Below, in pieces: positions 39,915 to 53,229 of a DNA stretch of 64,000 nt; the stretch's first letter is position 1; each line of letters opens with the position of its first letter. Position numbers and translations under genes: made by a program. Origin of the DNA: Octopus vulgaris (taxonomy: Eukaryota). The notes beneath the pieces were generated by a model. That model was not told where the DNA came from. It saw nothing but the letters and a program-made list of their open reading frames with translations, and did no database searches. Location of the stretch: contig OX597827.1 in the NCBI GenBank assembly GCA_951406725.2, positions 80,166,001 to 80,230,000 of the forward strand, written 5' to 3'.

Positions 39915-40540
39915 CAGATCTAATATGGCCACCATCAGAATATTACTTTTGGCTTTACAATATAGCTGTATATGACATGATTCATTTCACATCATTGGAC
40001 AAATAATAGGGAATAATAGACTTACCCTCATTGTGTGTAAAATCCTTTGTTGTATAAACTGTGACTTGGTCCCAATGTTCTGTTGTTAATGGTTGTCTGT
40101 GTCACTGCTGCTATGGTGTGACAATGGCTTCATGTTGATGGAATAGTGTTGGTGGTGAGTCAGTGGGAACCAGCAGTTCCCTCTCAAGTCTTCCTCTGTG
40201 GATGGGTGGTGTTTAGTGAGTGTGTGCATGGGTGTGAGTGAGAGACAGAGAGAGGAAGAGAGATGGGTGATGCTCACTCCAGCCTCACTCAGACTTGATG
40301 TGTTTTCCCTCACAATGAAAAGAGAGGGACAACAAACTATCAGCTCCACTAACAGTCAGCCATGATAAGTCTATATAACACCAACATGTCTGATGTGGAG
40401 AGAGACTGACATAGAAATCCTTAGAACAGAGAGGTTATATTAACAAAATATGGCTGATGTTGTTAATGTGTGTGTAATTTAAAATGTAAATACAATATTG
40501 ACAATAACAGTTAGTGTGTGTGTGTCTGACCTAATTCTAA
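39915..40540 (-). promoter_or_regulatory. Conserved promoter/first-exon block of G5 (exon ends 40026, ATG-AGG|gtaagt)
   Basis: Near-identical block; second codon is AGG rather than AAG. Confidence 0.75.
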
Positions 40541-40978
40541 ACCAACTCTCTCAATTAGGATATACACTGAAAATTTGAAAATGATATGTAATCCATGTAT
40601 AATATACTTTCCGAGTGTAAAGATTTATAATTTGATTTAGTACGTTATTATAGATATACAGAACAATTCAATTTATATTTTCAATCTGAATTGTCCTTCA
40701 ACAAGGGAGTCATCTAATTATAATTGATCAAAATATTTTTCTTAACTTTGGTTTGCCTTACTATACAGTGTTATACATTGATTTTTCATATCTAAAGTTG
40801 TGAAATTTTTCAACCCAAAATATATATACATCATATATTGTGTGACACACATACGAAAAATTTTCAGTCATATGTGGGGAAATATTATTTACTAACTAAT
40901 ATATTTCTGTTGTTTTAAATGTTGTGTGAATGTTGAAGGTGAGATATTATTTCTGTTGTGTTCCTTTCTCAGTCTCAC

Positions 40979-41100
40979 TTAACTGACAACAACATCTGGT
41001 GTTGAAGGTAACTGTCTCTCTGGAGGTTTCACATATCTGTCTTGGTAATGGTCTCTCTCACTGGTGCTTGATACATCGGGTGGGGCACCACCATAGATTC
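40979..41100 (-). CDS. Pcdh: Protocadherin G6 terminal coding exon
   Basis: Intact copy, ends DVVVS*. Confidence 0.88.
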
Positions 41101-41239
41101 CTGAAACACACATATCAAATAAACTTACTACATAGTTCATACAGACAATAGGTATTCTATGACATTAGTAACAAATCTCTTTTTGTTACAATAATTTGAT
41201 TAAGCTATAAAATAACAATTAACAAAGAAAAGTTTACTA

Positions 41240-41665
41240 TTATTATTATGGCCGAGTTCCAACCCAGGCCATAGCAACAAAGTCCATCAGCCACACTTCT
41301 CGGTCCATCTTCATTGTCTCATGGTCCTGGGTATATTCCAGGCCAGTGTCTGCAATCAAGTTGTCAAAGAAAATGTGACAATGTTTTCCTCCTCTTACAT
41401 CACCATGAAAAGGGTTCTACAAGACTAATTTGGATGCTTCCACTTTAGTGTGGCACAAACGTTGATCAAATAGTCACAGCTGTCTTTGCCTGATCTTCTC
41501 GCTAACTTTTCGCAGGTCTCCATAAAAGCATTCATTTGTCATCTATTGCTGCCATTTCACATTTAGGGCTATTCATAGCATTCTTGTATAGCACCCATTT
41601 ATCCACTTGGATCATTTCTTTGTCAGCACCCATGTTTCACTGCCATATAATATATGTTGTGTTTT
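41240..41665 (-). mobile_element. Degenerate RTE-group LINE 3' end
   Basis: Minus strand reads approximately GCYTRML.IALNVKWQQ.MTNE..YGDLRKVSEKIRQRQL, with an (ATA)n tail at ~41240. Confidence 0.6.
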
Positions 41666-42147
41666 ACTGTCCCTAAGATCCTTTCAGATCATAATCAGAT
41701 CAGTGACCCAATAATTATATGCAGGATCAGAGTGAATGAATACACTGATTACTCCCAGCCATTCTTGTATGATGTGAGCAGCCATGTATCTCCTCTGCAG
41801 CAAGAAATCTGTTTCACTGTCTTCCCTCATATGCTCACCTTTCACCACTGAGCGTAGAGCTGCCTTCACCTCTTCTGTGGGCTCACTCAGTCAATGGGAA
41901 CCTTAGTCTTGCAAGCTACATGGAAACCTCACTGGTGCCAAAAAAAGGCATCCAATACACATTGCAAAGCGAGTGGCAATAGGAAGGGCATTCAAACAAG
42001 AAGATGATAACAAGGATTACAAGAGTGATGATGCTAATGATGATCAATAATGAAAAAGTATTTCAGAATAGTTAAAATTAGATATTCTAGAAATAAAATT
42101 ATAATAAAATTAATGACGAACAAGAATGAATGAGATTGTTATCCTAC

Positions 42148-42301
42148 CTGACATTGCTGGTATTTCTTCATACTGTCTACTTGACCGCTCACTCCAGCAC
42201 TGTCCACTACTCTTACGACTGGTCAATGTGTCAGTGGGATAGTTAGAAGATGGTCTGCTGTCTCCATAAGATGTCACCTCAATGGGTTGACTGTATTTCT
42301 G
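42148..42301 (-). CDS. Pcdh: Protocadherin G6 cytoplasmic exon (154 nt)
   Basis: ctaacag|CAG...TCAG|gtagga; open frame with YEEI. Confidence 0.9.
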
Positions 42302-42534
42302 CTGTTAGAGTAAAAAATTGTTTCATCTCTCATCGTAATTTTGAAAAATATATTACCTTAAAAATTTTATAAAATCTGTGCATTCTATAACAAAAATCAC
42401 CATTTGGGTTATTGAACTAAAATAAATATGAAGAAAGAAACAACCTAACAAGTTACAGATGAAGACTATAAATAACATTTATTGTTATTCAGTAAATAAT
42501 TAAAGAATTATCAACAGAGAATCTTAAAACATAC

Positions 42535-44889
42535 CTTCATACTTTTTGGTAAACTTCTGCTCATTGTTGATGTCTTCCAGTCTTCAGGATAGTAATGGCT
42601 CCTCGAATGACCATATCTGTCTGACATCTCTCCTCGATTACCTGACATCACAGGTACACTGTTGTTACCTTGATAGATCAACTGTCTCATCTCATTGCGA
42701 CATTGGTATGCCTGTTTCTCTTCTGCTGTTCTTTCAGATGAGCTATTTCTCACATTGTTACATCTCACAATACACAGGGTTATAGAAACCACAATAGCTA
42801 TAGATACTATCACAGCTGCTACTACAATGATAATCAACAATGTCGCATCTATTGTGTTATCACTTGGTAGGTGCACAGCTGTGAACATTGGTGACGTCTT
42901 GTTACTAACAGTCAGTGTCAAAGACACACTAGTTGTTGCTGACAGAACTGGAGTACCACTGTCTTTCACAACAAACTCAAGCTCATATGATCCGGCATCA
43001 TTTTGGTAAACTGTGCGAGAGTAAGATAACACACCAGTGAACGAGTCCAGTTTAAATAACTGTCTCTCGTTACCTGAAACGATTTCATACCTGAGAAAAG
43101 CATTCATGTGACTGTCTATATCAGATGCTTTCAGAACTGTGATGTCGTTCTTACTTTGCGGATGATAGTGGACATTAAGAGTGAAAGGGTCAACACTAGG
43201 AAATGTAAAATATGGAGCATTATCATTTCTATCCAATACTTCCACTTCAACATTCACTGTGTTATTCAGAGATGGGCTTCCATTGTCTTTCACAAAAACC
43301 TCAAACTCATAGAAATCTCTGTGTTCTCTGTCTAAAGACTGGTTTGTTGAAATAAAGCCAGAGTTGATAATCTGGAATGGCAGACGATATTGCTGTTTAT
43401 TTCTCAGAGAATAAGACAATTCACCTCCCTTACCAATATCTGGGTCTGTAGCATTGATAAAGCCAATAGGGAAATTAGCTTTGTCATTCTCATAGGTAAG
43501 GAACTTGAATGTGTCTTTCGTAAAGTGTGGTTCTACATCATTCACATCCAACACTTGGATTGACAGATCTTTATCAGTTTTCAGAGCAGGTAATCCTTTA
43601 TCTTCACACGACACAGTAAAGTGATAATGTTCCTGTGTCTCTCTGTCTACTGCTTTCTTTAGAACTATTTTATATTCCTTCGATCCCATTGACTGTAGTT
43701 TGAATGTGTCGTCTTTGATATGACAGTTCACCTGTCCATTGTGTCCAACATCATTGTCAGTGACCATCACATAAGCAATGAAACTACCAACTTTGATGTC
43801 TTCCAGAATGGTAGCTGTGTTGTGATTCTGTGTAGAAATAAAGTTCACATCAATATTTGGAGGATTGTTGTGTTGGTTGATAACATTTATCTGAATTATT
43901 GCAATGGAACTGAGAGGAGGAATTCCATTATCTTTGGCTTTCACATATAATTTTAAAATATCTTCCTTACCACTTCCTAAAGATTTTGATAAAAATAACT
44001 TTCCAGTATCTTCTTCCAACATGAAATTTTTCCTCGTTTGTTCAGCTGTTTTTCTACTAAAATAGAAAGATATTTTACCATTCCTGCCAATGTCTAAATC
44101 ACTGGCAGATAATGTGACTACTGGAATATTCTTTTTATGTTTATGTTCAATAGAGACATTGTAGATACTTTGAGAAAATTGTGGTTTATTATCATTTTCA
44201 TCTTTTACAGATATTTTCACATTTAAAACAGATTGTTTTGGTGGAGTTCCTCCATCTTTAGCAATGACTTCAATATTGTAGTTGTCTTTTTTTTCTCTAT
44301 CTAATTTCTCTTCTAAAATAATTGTTAAGGTTGATAATCCATCAGCTTGTTTAGAGACAAATAATGAAAAAAGATTTGTATGACCATGTAACTCATATCT
44401 AATTAAACTATTTTGATAACCTATATCTTTGTCAATAGCATTAGGTACAGGATTTTTTTTTCCTTTCCCATATTCTTCTTCAAATTGTATATTAATTTCT
44501 TTCTGAGGAAACTCAGGTTGGTGGTCATTGATGTCTTCTATTATGACTTTAATCTTTAAGATCTTCATAAATGTCTTGGATTTGTGAACAGCAACTTTAA
44601 CGATTTCAAAACATTCTTTCTCATAACTACACACAGACTCAGCATCCAATGTCTCAACAGTGTACAGTTTACCTGTTCTCGTCACATTGAACAACTGTTC
44701 TCCCTTTTGTTGCAGTTGACTAAATGTAATTAAATCCTTATTCTTTAAGAAGGAGCTGTCTGATTTCTGTAAGTCAGTAGCAATGTCCCCTACATAGGTA
44801 TAGGGACTATTCTCTTCTTCAACATGGTATGTGATATCTTCACTTGCATAACAGTCAAAGAGAGTCAGTAAAACATATAGCAATAACAT
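42535..44889 (-). CDS. Pcdh: Protocadherin G6 large exon
   Basis: 792-aa ORF. Donor AAG|gtatgt at 42535; acceptor ttttctgtttcag before 44937. Confidence 0.97.
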
Positions 44890-47379
44890 TTCTGTCCTTG
44901 GCAGTATGCAGGGATAATGGGAAATATATCTTTTTATCTGAAACAGAAAATTATTTAGATTAAGAAATAATGAATATAGTGCAGTAAACTCAGTAATTGC
45001 TTTCCTTTCATGAAAACAAAATACTACAATATCAAATTGTTCATATTGTAAGAGTCACTTAAAAAGAACATAGGTATAACACAATTTTTTAATATGAGGT
45101 ATGGACTTGATCTTTGTGACCAATTAACAGTATCATGCAATATTATTATAAGTCTGTTTTTCGTTTTGTTTCACATTCATTTTAGCTTAGATATTCATAT
45201 TATGGCCAACTGATTCAAAACTGCACTATTTATATATTATGATGCTTAAGATTGCAGTGGCAATACATTCTGTGAAGTGAACACATTAATATCTAGTACT
45301 AAGATAGATCACTTAAATTGTAACTACATACAAGATAGTAGTTACTAAATTTTGATGCATTTCTACAAGTAATTTTAACCAAACCACATGTAAGTTTTGT
45401 ATTTTATGTAGGAACAAATGATTGTAACTATCCAATTTCTATAAGATTTTAATGGAAAATACTAAAGTAGGTAATTATTGGAACAGAAATGATTCAATTG
45501 AAATAGTATGGCTTTGTAAAATTATTTTTCAAACTTTTAAATAATGTGCTTATTGCATCAGAATAGAGTAAAAGAGGGGACAGAAAGCAGTAAAAAGTCA
45601 AGTAAAGAAAGATAGTAATAAGAGCTTAGTACACAGGATGAAACATAAGGTGTAGCATGAGCAAATTTATGAATTTTCCTAAGTTGCAGTGTCCTGACAG
45701 CTAACAACTGATGTCATTAGTTTAACCCAAGCAACGTACTTTGCAGCTATGATGCTCAGTCTCGCATCCGTATCCTTAGTTCATTAGACATAGGATACAA
45801 CTTTAGTAATTTCTGAAAGAAAAAAGCCACTTCTTACACACCAGTAAATACACTACATAATATTTAACAAATCCTAAGTTATACTGTCATCATCATTTTG
45901 CATTCATCTTTCCCGGGTTTGTGTGGTTAGAAGAACCTTCACCAGCACAGTGTCTCACCATCTCTTTCATTCCATTCTTACTCTGGCTTACCATACTTTC
46001 AGAACACGATCCTCCACAGCTTGTTAAGTCATCTAGGTACAAAAAGCTATGAGCAACTTCTAAAATCTCCAACCATCTGAAAGAGTATATTTTATGGTTG
46101 CTCTTAACGCTAACTACTCCCATACATCTGCTGTATACTGAGTCCTACTCTATAACTCTGATGCTGTCTCAATACATCGTTTGTGCACCCATAAATAACA
46201 CCATTCCTGCATCCTCCTTTTCTGTATATGGAGAATATGACCAATTCCAAGATGGTTCTGTTTCCTGTTAATAAAATTTTAGTCTTTTCTAGATTTACTT
46301 TAAAACTTCATAATTCTAGGCTTTGCATCTGCATTATGAACATTTTATGTAATTCTTTGGCAGATTCAACTAAAACAACTATGCCATTGTCTTGCAACAA
46401 TTCCTACAGACAACTCATGTTGAACACTTCTGTTATGATTAAGGGAACCAAAGGACACTAAACTTTCCTCATTGAACTTACAGCAAAAAACTCACCTGCT
46501 GGTATTTTAGCTGTTTTGGTGTCTATTTTCTGCATGTTCCTATGTGGCCACCCTATTACCATACACAGCATAAACATATTAAGTCTCAGCCCTATGTATA
46601 TGAATTTAGGTTGATGGTCATGTTTTTACAGATGGCTATCCTTCCTATCACAAACAACTAGAGTGTGGACCAAATGAAATATATTGTGCCAGCCACACTA
46701 ATGAGGTTCTCTGACAGGACTGAAGTGTCTCCATCATATCAGTTTTTATACAGAGTTGCCTTTCTCTGAGACAAGTCATTTTAGCTGCAGATATGGAGTT
46801 TACATTTCCTCTCTTCAGATTATTATTCTAACTTATCTCCATCCTAGAGGGTTACCTTCTGTGCAGCTTGTGAAACCCATGTCACCCCTACAGAATTTTT
46901 AATTTAGAGTTTAAATGGGTTACCTAGTTTGCAGCTTAGTTAAATCCACATCTTAGTTTCTTGGTGTAAAGTATTTAACAACCAACTAGTAGGAAAATAT
47001 TGAAGTTTGCCCCAGTCTGGTGCAGATGATTGGAACGAGTCCATCTTCATAGTACTAATGGAGCAGGGAGTCTCCATGGCAGTGGTATGAGTGGTTAGCT
47101 AACAAAGTGAGTGAATGGGTTTCATTGTTTCTAAGATACTTGGAGTAATGGCTAATTTTAACATGTCCCGAGAAGGAGCAGAGCAGAAAGATAAGAACAT
47201 CAATTCCTGTGATGAGAACTGCAACTTCTTGAAAAGATGAAGTGGAAAATAGCATAATAACCAAGATGGTGACTAAGAAGAGAATTAAACAGTTCACAAG
47301 CATTCATATTAAACACTAATGACATTTCGTTTGCTGACTTATTATAGTTCCTTAGGGTTCTTCACGTCATAATAAAAAG

Positions 47380-48020
47380 GTTCAAAACTGGATGCTTCTG
47401 GGAACTGTATGGACAGTTTCTCATAGCTGAAATAGTCAAAAAATTCAAGGAGAAATTCCAAACATAGAAGCAGAGCTTAGTATCTAGAGGTTTGAAAATA
47501 AAACTAGCACAGACAAAAATCCTAGTTAACAGGGAAAAATATAGAACTCAACTGTCATCTGAAAAGTGGCCAGGCTACAATTCTTTACTATACACCCGAT
47601 GTAAATTATGGATGCACAAGGTCAATAATATTAAAGAGAACTTAACAGAGAAGGACTGTATATGGCAAATGCACAAGAGTAGTTAGTAGTAATGATATCC
47701 ATGAAAAGAAATCTTTCAAATGATTGGAAGAGTCCCGACAAGTAGCCAATAGCTTCTGTTACCTGGACAAATTAATCAGCAATGAAGGTAAAAGTTCCAA
47801 AAGTATAGAAGCTAGGGTACAACAGAGTGTAAGAAAAGTTCAGAGATATTAACTTTTCAGGCAGTAAAGGGTCTCTCTGTCCGAGAAAAAGGTAAATTAT
47901 ATGTTGCTTGTGTACAAAGTATGATATTGCCAAGTAATAAAACATAAGCATTAAATGCAGAGGAAAGATCAGAAAGAAAAGAGGTGGATGTGTAATGCAT
48001 GAGTGAGACACCACAAATGA
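47380..48020 (+). mobile_element. Highly degenerate RTE-like reverse transcriptase remnant
   Basis: Fragments resembling GC.WEL.Y, GLKIKLAQTKIL and KGKLYVACVQS, interrupted by stops and frameshifts. Confidence 0.45.
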
Positions 48021-49252
48021 ATTGACAGAAAAACTGTACAGAAGGGGACCATATACAAATAAATGTATAAGTCTGAAACAAATCCATGATAAATTCGTAA
48101 TTAGTAATTCTTAAATAAGAATCAAATATTTGACAACATTACCAATGGCACTTTTACTTGGTTGCCAGTAGCAATATTTGTCATCTAAGATCTATTAAAA
48201 GTGACAAACACACTGAGTTATTCAAGTGTTACATAGAATGCTTTGCAGGATTTGTCACAGATCTTTATGAGTTCAAACCACACTAAAGTTACCTTTACCT
48301 TTCATCCTTCTATAATCAATAACATATCAGTCAAGCACTGAGACCACTTCTCCTTGTAGAATTGGCTACATTGCACCGAATAAAGGATCATGATGGACCA
48401 TTCACAGAATTTGATTCTCCAGAAATGGAAAAGATTTGAGCAAATGCCTACCAACATCTTCTCATAGAAAGCCTAAAGAACTACTACAACCATCCATCCA
48501 AGGATAGCCTGATATGCAGTACAGCCTAGAACAGAAACAAAGAGCATCAACAAGATCGATCAAATTTAGATCTATATCAGGTCTTATCCATCAGACATAT
48601 GTTGAAAGGTATTTTAATTATGAAAGCCTCACATTTTTCATACATAGACACCACTTGGTGCTACAAAACTAATAAGCAAATGATTAAGACTTCATAATAG
48701 ACAGAAGGCCACTATATCACTATTCTTCATGTAGCCTTGAGGCCAGATTCCTCATTCTCTGTTAAAATAATATATCTAAATAATTTCAATGTAAATTATA
48801 GAAATATCATAAATGTGTCTATTATGATAGTTAAATAGGTAAGTTTAATACAATCTTTAACTCTTCAAAATTCGTACATATTTGGCAAATTTAGTCTCAT
48901 TTATAAAATTCATAGAAATCAAATTATTAAGACATTTCAACATGAAACTAGTCATCAATATATCTATACACAGAAGTATATAATAAACTCACAGATTAAT
49001 ACTACTTTGCTTCTGTAAGACCAAACAATGGCTGACTGAGTGGACAGCTAAAACTAAAATGATGCACAGTTTTAAAATATAATAAACAACAACATTAATA
49101 TTGTGAATATATCAAAGATAACAGCAAATAACACAATACATTATATAAAAGTAGAACTGCACATACATTTCCTTCTCCAACTGTTTCTCAAAATTAACTA
49201 AATGCATGACAGCCATATTAGAAAAGATTTTCACCATTGGATTAAAATTAAC

Positions 49253-49866
49253 ACAGATCTAATATGGCTACCATCAGAATATTACATTTTTGATGTTACA
49301 ATAGAGCTATATATGAAATCATTATTTCACAGAATAGCACAAATAATATTGAACAATAAACTTACCTTCATTGTGTGTAAAATCCTTTGTTGTATAAACT
49401 GTGACTTGGTCCCAATGTTCTGTTGTTAATGGTTGTCTGTGTCACTGCTGCTATGGTGTGACAATGGCTTCATGTTGATGGAATAGTGTTGGTGGTGAGT
49501 CAGTGGGAACCAGCAGTTCCCTCTCAGTCTTCCTCTGTGGATGTATGGTATTTAGTGAGTGTGTGTGCGTGAGAGTGAGAGATGGGTGATGCTCACTCCA
49601 GCCTCACTCAGATTAGATGTTATGTTTCCCCTCACACACAAAGACAGAGTAGTGAGAGAACACACACAATCAGCTCCACTAACAGTCAGCCATGATAAGT
49701 CTATATAACACCAACATGTCTGATGTGGAGAGAGACTGACATAGAAATCCTTAGAACAGAGAGGTTATATTAACAAAATATGGCTGATGTTGTTAATGTG
49801 TGTGTAATTTAAAATGTAAATATATTATTGACAATAACTGTTAGTGTGTGTCTGACCTAATTCTAA
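49253..49866 (-). promoter_or_regulatory. Conserved promoter/first-exon block of G6 (exon ends 49366)
   Basis: Near-identical block with a locally divergent middle (49560-49670); ATG-AAG|gtaagt. Confidence 0.75.
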
Positions 49867-50307
49867 ACTAAATCTCTTATATCAGGATATATAAATGGGA
49901 AATTTAAAGATGATATTCAAACTCTGTGAAATAAATTTTCTCAAATCTTAACAATTTATTTATTTATTTTCTAATTATGTATGTAAAGTAAAATTCAATT
50001 TACATTTTCAGTTTTAAATTGTATTGCACCAAGAAAAATCTCTGACTATAATTTCTTATCATTCCTTAACTTTGCCTTATCTAACTGCAAGATTTTATAA
50101 TTCATCTCTAAAGCTCCTCTTTTGTTTTACATTTGTGCAAACTTTTCCAAAGCATTTATAAAATGAATATTCTCTCAGACACATAGAAAGATATACAGTC
50201 ACATGTGGGGAAATATTGTTAACTAACTAATATATTTCTGCTGTTTTAAATGTTGTGTGAATGTTGAAGGTGATATTATTTCTGTTGTGTTCCTTTCTCA
50301 GTCTCAC

Positions 50308-50429
50308 TTAACTGACAACAACATCTGATGTTGAAGGTAACTGTCTCTCTGGAGGTTTCACATATCTGTCTTGGTAATGGTCTCTCTCACTGGTGCTTGA
50401 TACATCGGGTGGGGCACCACCATAGATTC
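50308..50429 (-). CDS. Pcdh: Protocadherin G7 terminal coding exon
   Basis: Intact; ends RQLPSTSDVVVS* (P>S relative to paralogs). Confidence 0.88.
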
Positions 50430-51599
50430 CTGAAACACACACATATATCAACTACATTTATCACACAGTTTATATAATAAATAGGTATTTACTGATGTTA
50501 GTAATCAATTCCTAGTCTGCTACAATGACTGGGCTATAATATAAAATAAAGATCAAGTTTTAAGTGTCCTTATCTAAGAAGCTTATTTCAATTAAATGCA
50601 CACCATATCGTTTCCTAATACAGTTCTGCTCTATTTGTTCCAAACACACTAGAAACCACACTACAATTACATATTTATTCAGATGAACAACTAATTGTGT
50701 ATGTTTTCCCAAAGGAAATGGAACCTGTGGAAAAGAGAGAGAGAAAGATACAAGAAAGGTGAAATGGTGAAGACAGATCAGAAACTATAACACACCACAG
50801 AGACGATGACAAAGGCCTGCAGTGACCAGTTACACAGTGTGAGAGAAGATCTGCTTTCTCATCTAGGCGTGGCAAAACGCACTAAAACAATGTTAGCTAT
50901 ATTTGTATACATACACACATGTATCATTAAACATATGTATATGTATGTGTACACATCTGCTTACTGATAAGTCTCTTTGATAGTCTCTCACCCAATATTA
51001 CTCACTTTCTTTGTCACTCACACCTCTGTCTCTCATCCCTTGCATTACACTTCTCTATAACTCATCAGTCTACTGTCACCCATATCTCTTTCACCCTAGC
51101 TTCCTGCATCATGCCCCTAATGTTCATCTCTTAATCACTTCCTCTTCTTCTTCTCAATCTCCCAATCTCACTATACTATGCACTCAGTGTGACTGACGAT
51201 AGCAGCACACCTCTTCTGTTCATCACATATTGCACTCTCCCCTCTATGCTTTTATTTTTCATCTTCTTTTCACCATACATTGCACTCTTTCACCCATGCC
51301 TATTGCTATCTTTCAACCATTCACTCCTCTTCCCAATGTGAGTGAGGATAGCAGTATATTCCTTCACTTTGCTGTACATGGCTTCCATTGTAACTACAGA
51401 CATCACTGCACCTATTCTGACTCTGCCCCAAACATTCCTTTGTGCCATTCACAGAACCCACCTGTTTTCCATTTCCTCTGACACCATTCTGATCATTTGA
51501 CACTTTTGGTTGGTCTTTTAGCCAATGTATACGAAGACTAATTGAACCATTCATACCCAGTTCACTCTACCTTCACCTTCACCTCTTTTACTTCCTGCT

Positions 51600-52235
51600 A
51601 TCACCCCCATCACTCCTGCCAGTATCCTCTTGTTCCTTATCTTCCACACATCCTAAGCTGCAATGGAGACTACGTAGCTGTGGTTAGCAGGAAGGGACAC
51701 AGCAGGTGTTCTCCCAACAACTGATGAACAGGGCCTTAGGTTTAATTCAGATGGTTATGTGAAGCTGCTCAAGACTGTGGTCAAACCCTGGTTGGAGAGG
51801 GTTGCTGCTGGAAAGCCTGTGTGTGTTGCCAGGATTGGGCTCTTTTCCATACCTCCAGAAAGAATCAGAGATGGTTGTCTGAGAATTTCTTTGACTTCAC
51901 CAGCCCCAATTTTTGGTCTTCTAATTCCTTTGGATTACTGTGTACAGGGCACAATTGAGGAAAGCACCAACCACTCTGCTTGCAACACCAAGGCCGAGCT
52001 GGTAGCCATAGTAAAGGAAGCATTTGAAGATCTTACCAGGACACAGTGAGGGACACATACACCAAGTTCCAGAGCCAAGGTGGAAGCTGAGGGCAGCTAC
52101 TTTGAGCAAACTGATATTTTCCAGCCATAATCTACTTGATATTTTTTGATTTTTTTGAAAGAAAATACTTTATTTTTAATGTGGTTTCTTTTCCTTTTAT
52201 GCAACCTGTCAAATTCAGCCCAGACACTTTGTATA
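51600..52235 (+). mobile_element. Degenerate Tc1/mariner (maT-like) remnant, second copy
   Basis: KLLKTVVKPWLERVAAGKP..., WLSENFFDFTSPNFW; 3' end matches 5580-5765. Confidence 0.7.
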
Positions 52236-52736
52236 CCTATCTCAGAATACAAAGCACTGCTACCACATCACCTGTTATCAGACATCCTTCATATCACTAT
52301 CATTTAAGCCTCTGACTCATGCTTCTCGTTCTGTGAAGTGGCTGGTGAGGTTGAAGAAATAGCTACTTCTTTAGGGATGGTATCATAAAAAGTATACCCC
52401 GTACACTTTGTGAAGGGCATAACACCTCTCTAGTGCTGGTGGCACAAAAAAGGCACCCAGTACATTCTGTAAAGTGGTTAGTGTTATGAAGGGCATCCAG
52501 CCAAGAATGAAATGCAAGTGTGATAAAGTAACCCTACCCATCTAGGTTGGCAGCATATCTATATTTGTGCTGACTTCCATCATGATAACATAGCAAAAGC
52601 AACTTTTAACATCTCCTAAAGATGATTCATGTTGCTTAAAGCATTAGTAAATTAGAGATTTAGAGCTGATTAATCTCTCAAGTAAAAACTATGAACAGAA
52701 TTAATGACAAAACATGAATAAATGAAATTGTTTTAC

Positions 52737-52890
52737 CTGACATTGCTGGTATTTCTTCATACTGTCTACTTGACCGCTCACTCCAGCACTGTCCACTGCT
52801 CTTACGACTGGTCAGTGTGTCAGTAGGATAGTTGGAAGATGGTCTGTTGTCTCCATAAGATGTCACCTCTATTGGTTGGCTGTATTTCTG
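52737..52890 (-). CDS. Pcdh: Protocadherin G7 cytoplasmic exon (154 nt)
   Basis: ttttaaag|CAG...TCAG|gtaaaa; matches ORF-track peptide. Confidence 0.88.
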
Positions 52891-53229
52891 CTTTAAAATA
52901 CAGTAACAACATGGTACAGTATAGAGATATCATTTATGACTGACGGTGATACACCTGATACGAAATACATTAGTTCTTGTTTAATGGATTACCAATTTTG
53001 GCTCATTACGACTGGTAAAACAGCTGCTTATATATTATATCAACTGACTAAGAACAATATAACACACAAGCACACACATGGAAATTAATTTGAAATATCA
53101 ACAGATAATATATCCAATTAAAAGTTAATAAATTGTAACACTAATAAGTTCTTAATGAAACAAGATGTCACTCTTATAAAAGAAGTTGACATTAAAAGAT
53201 AGTAATATACTGCTTACAAAATATATATT

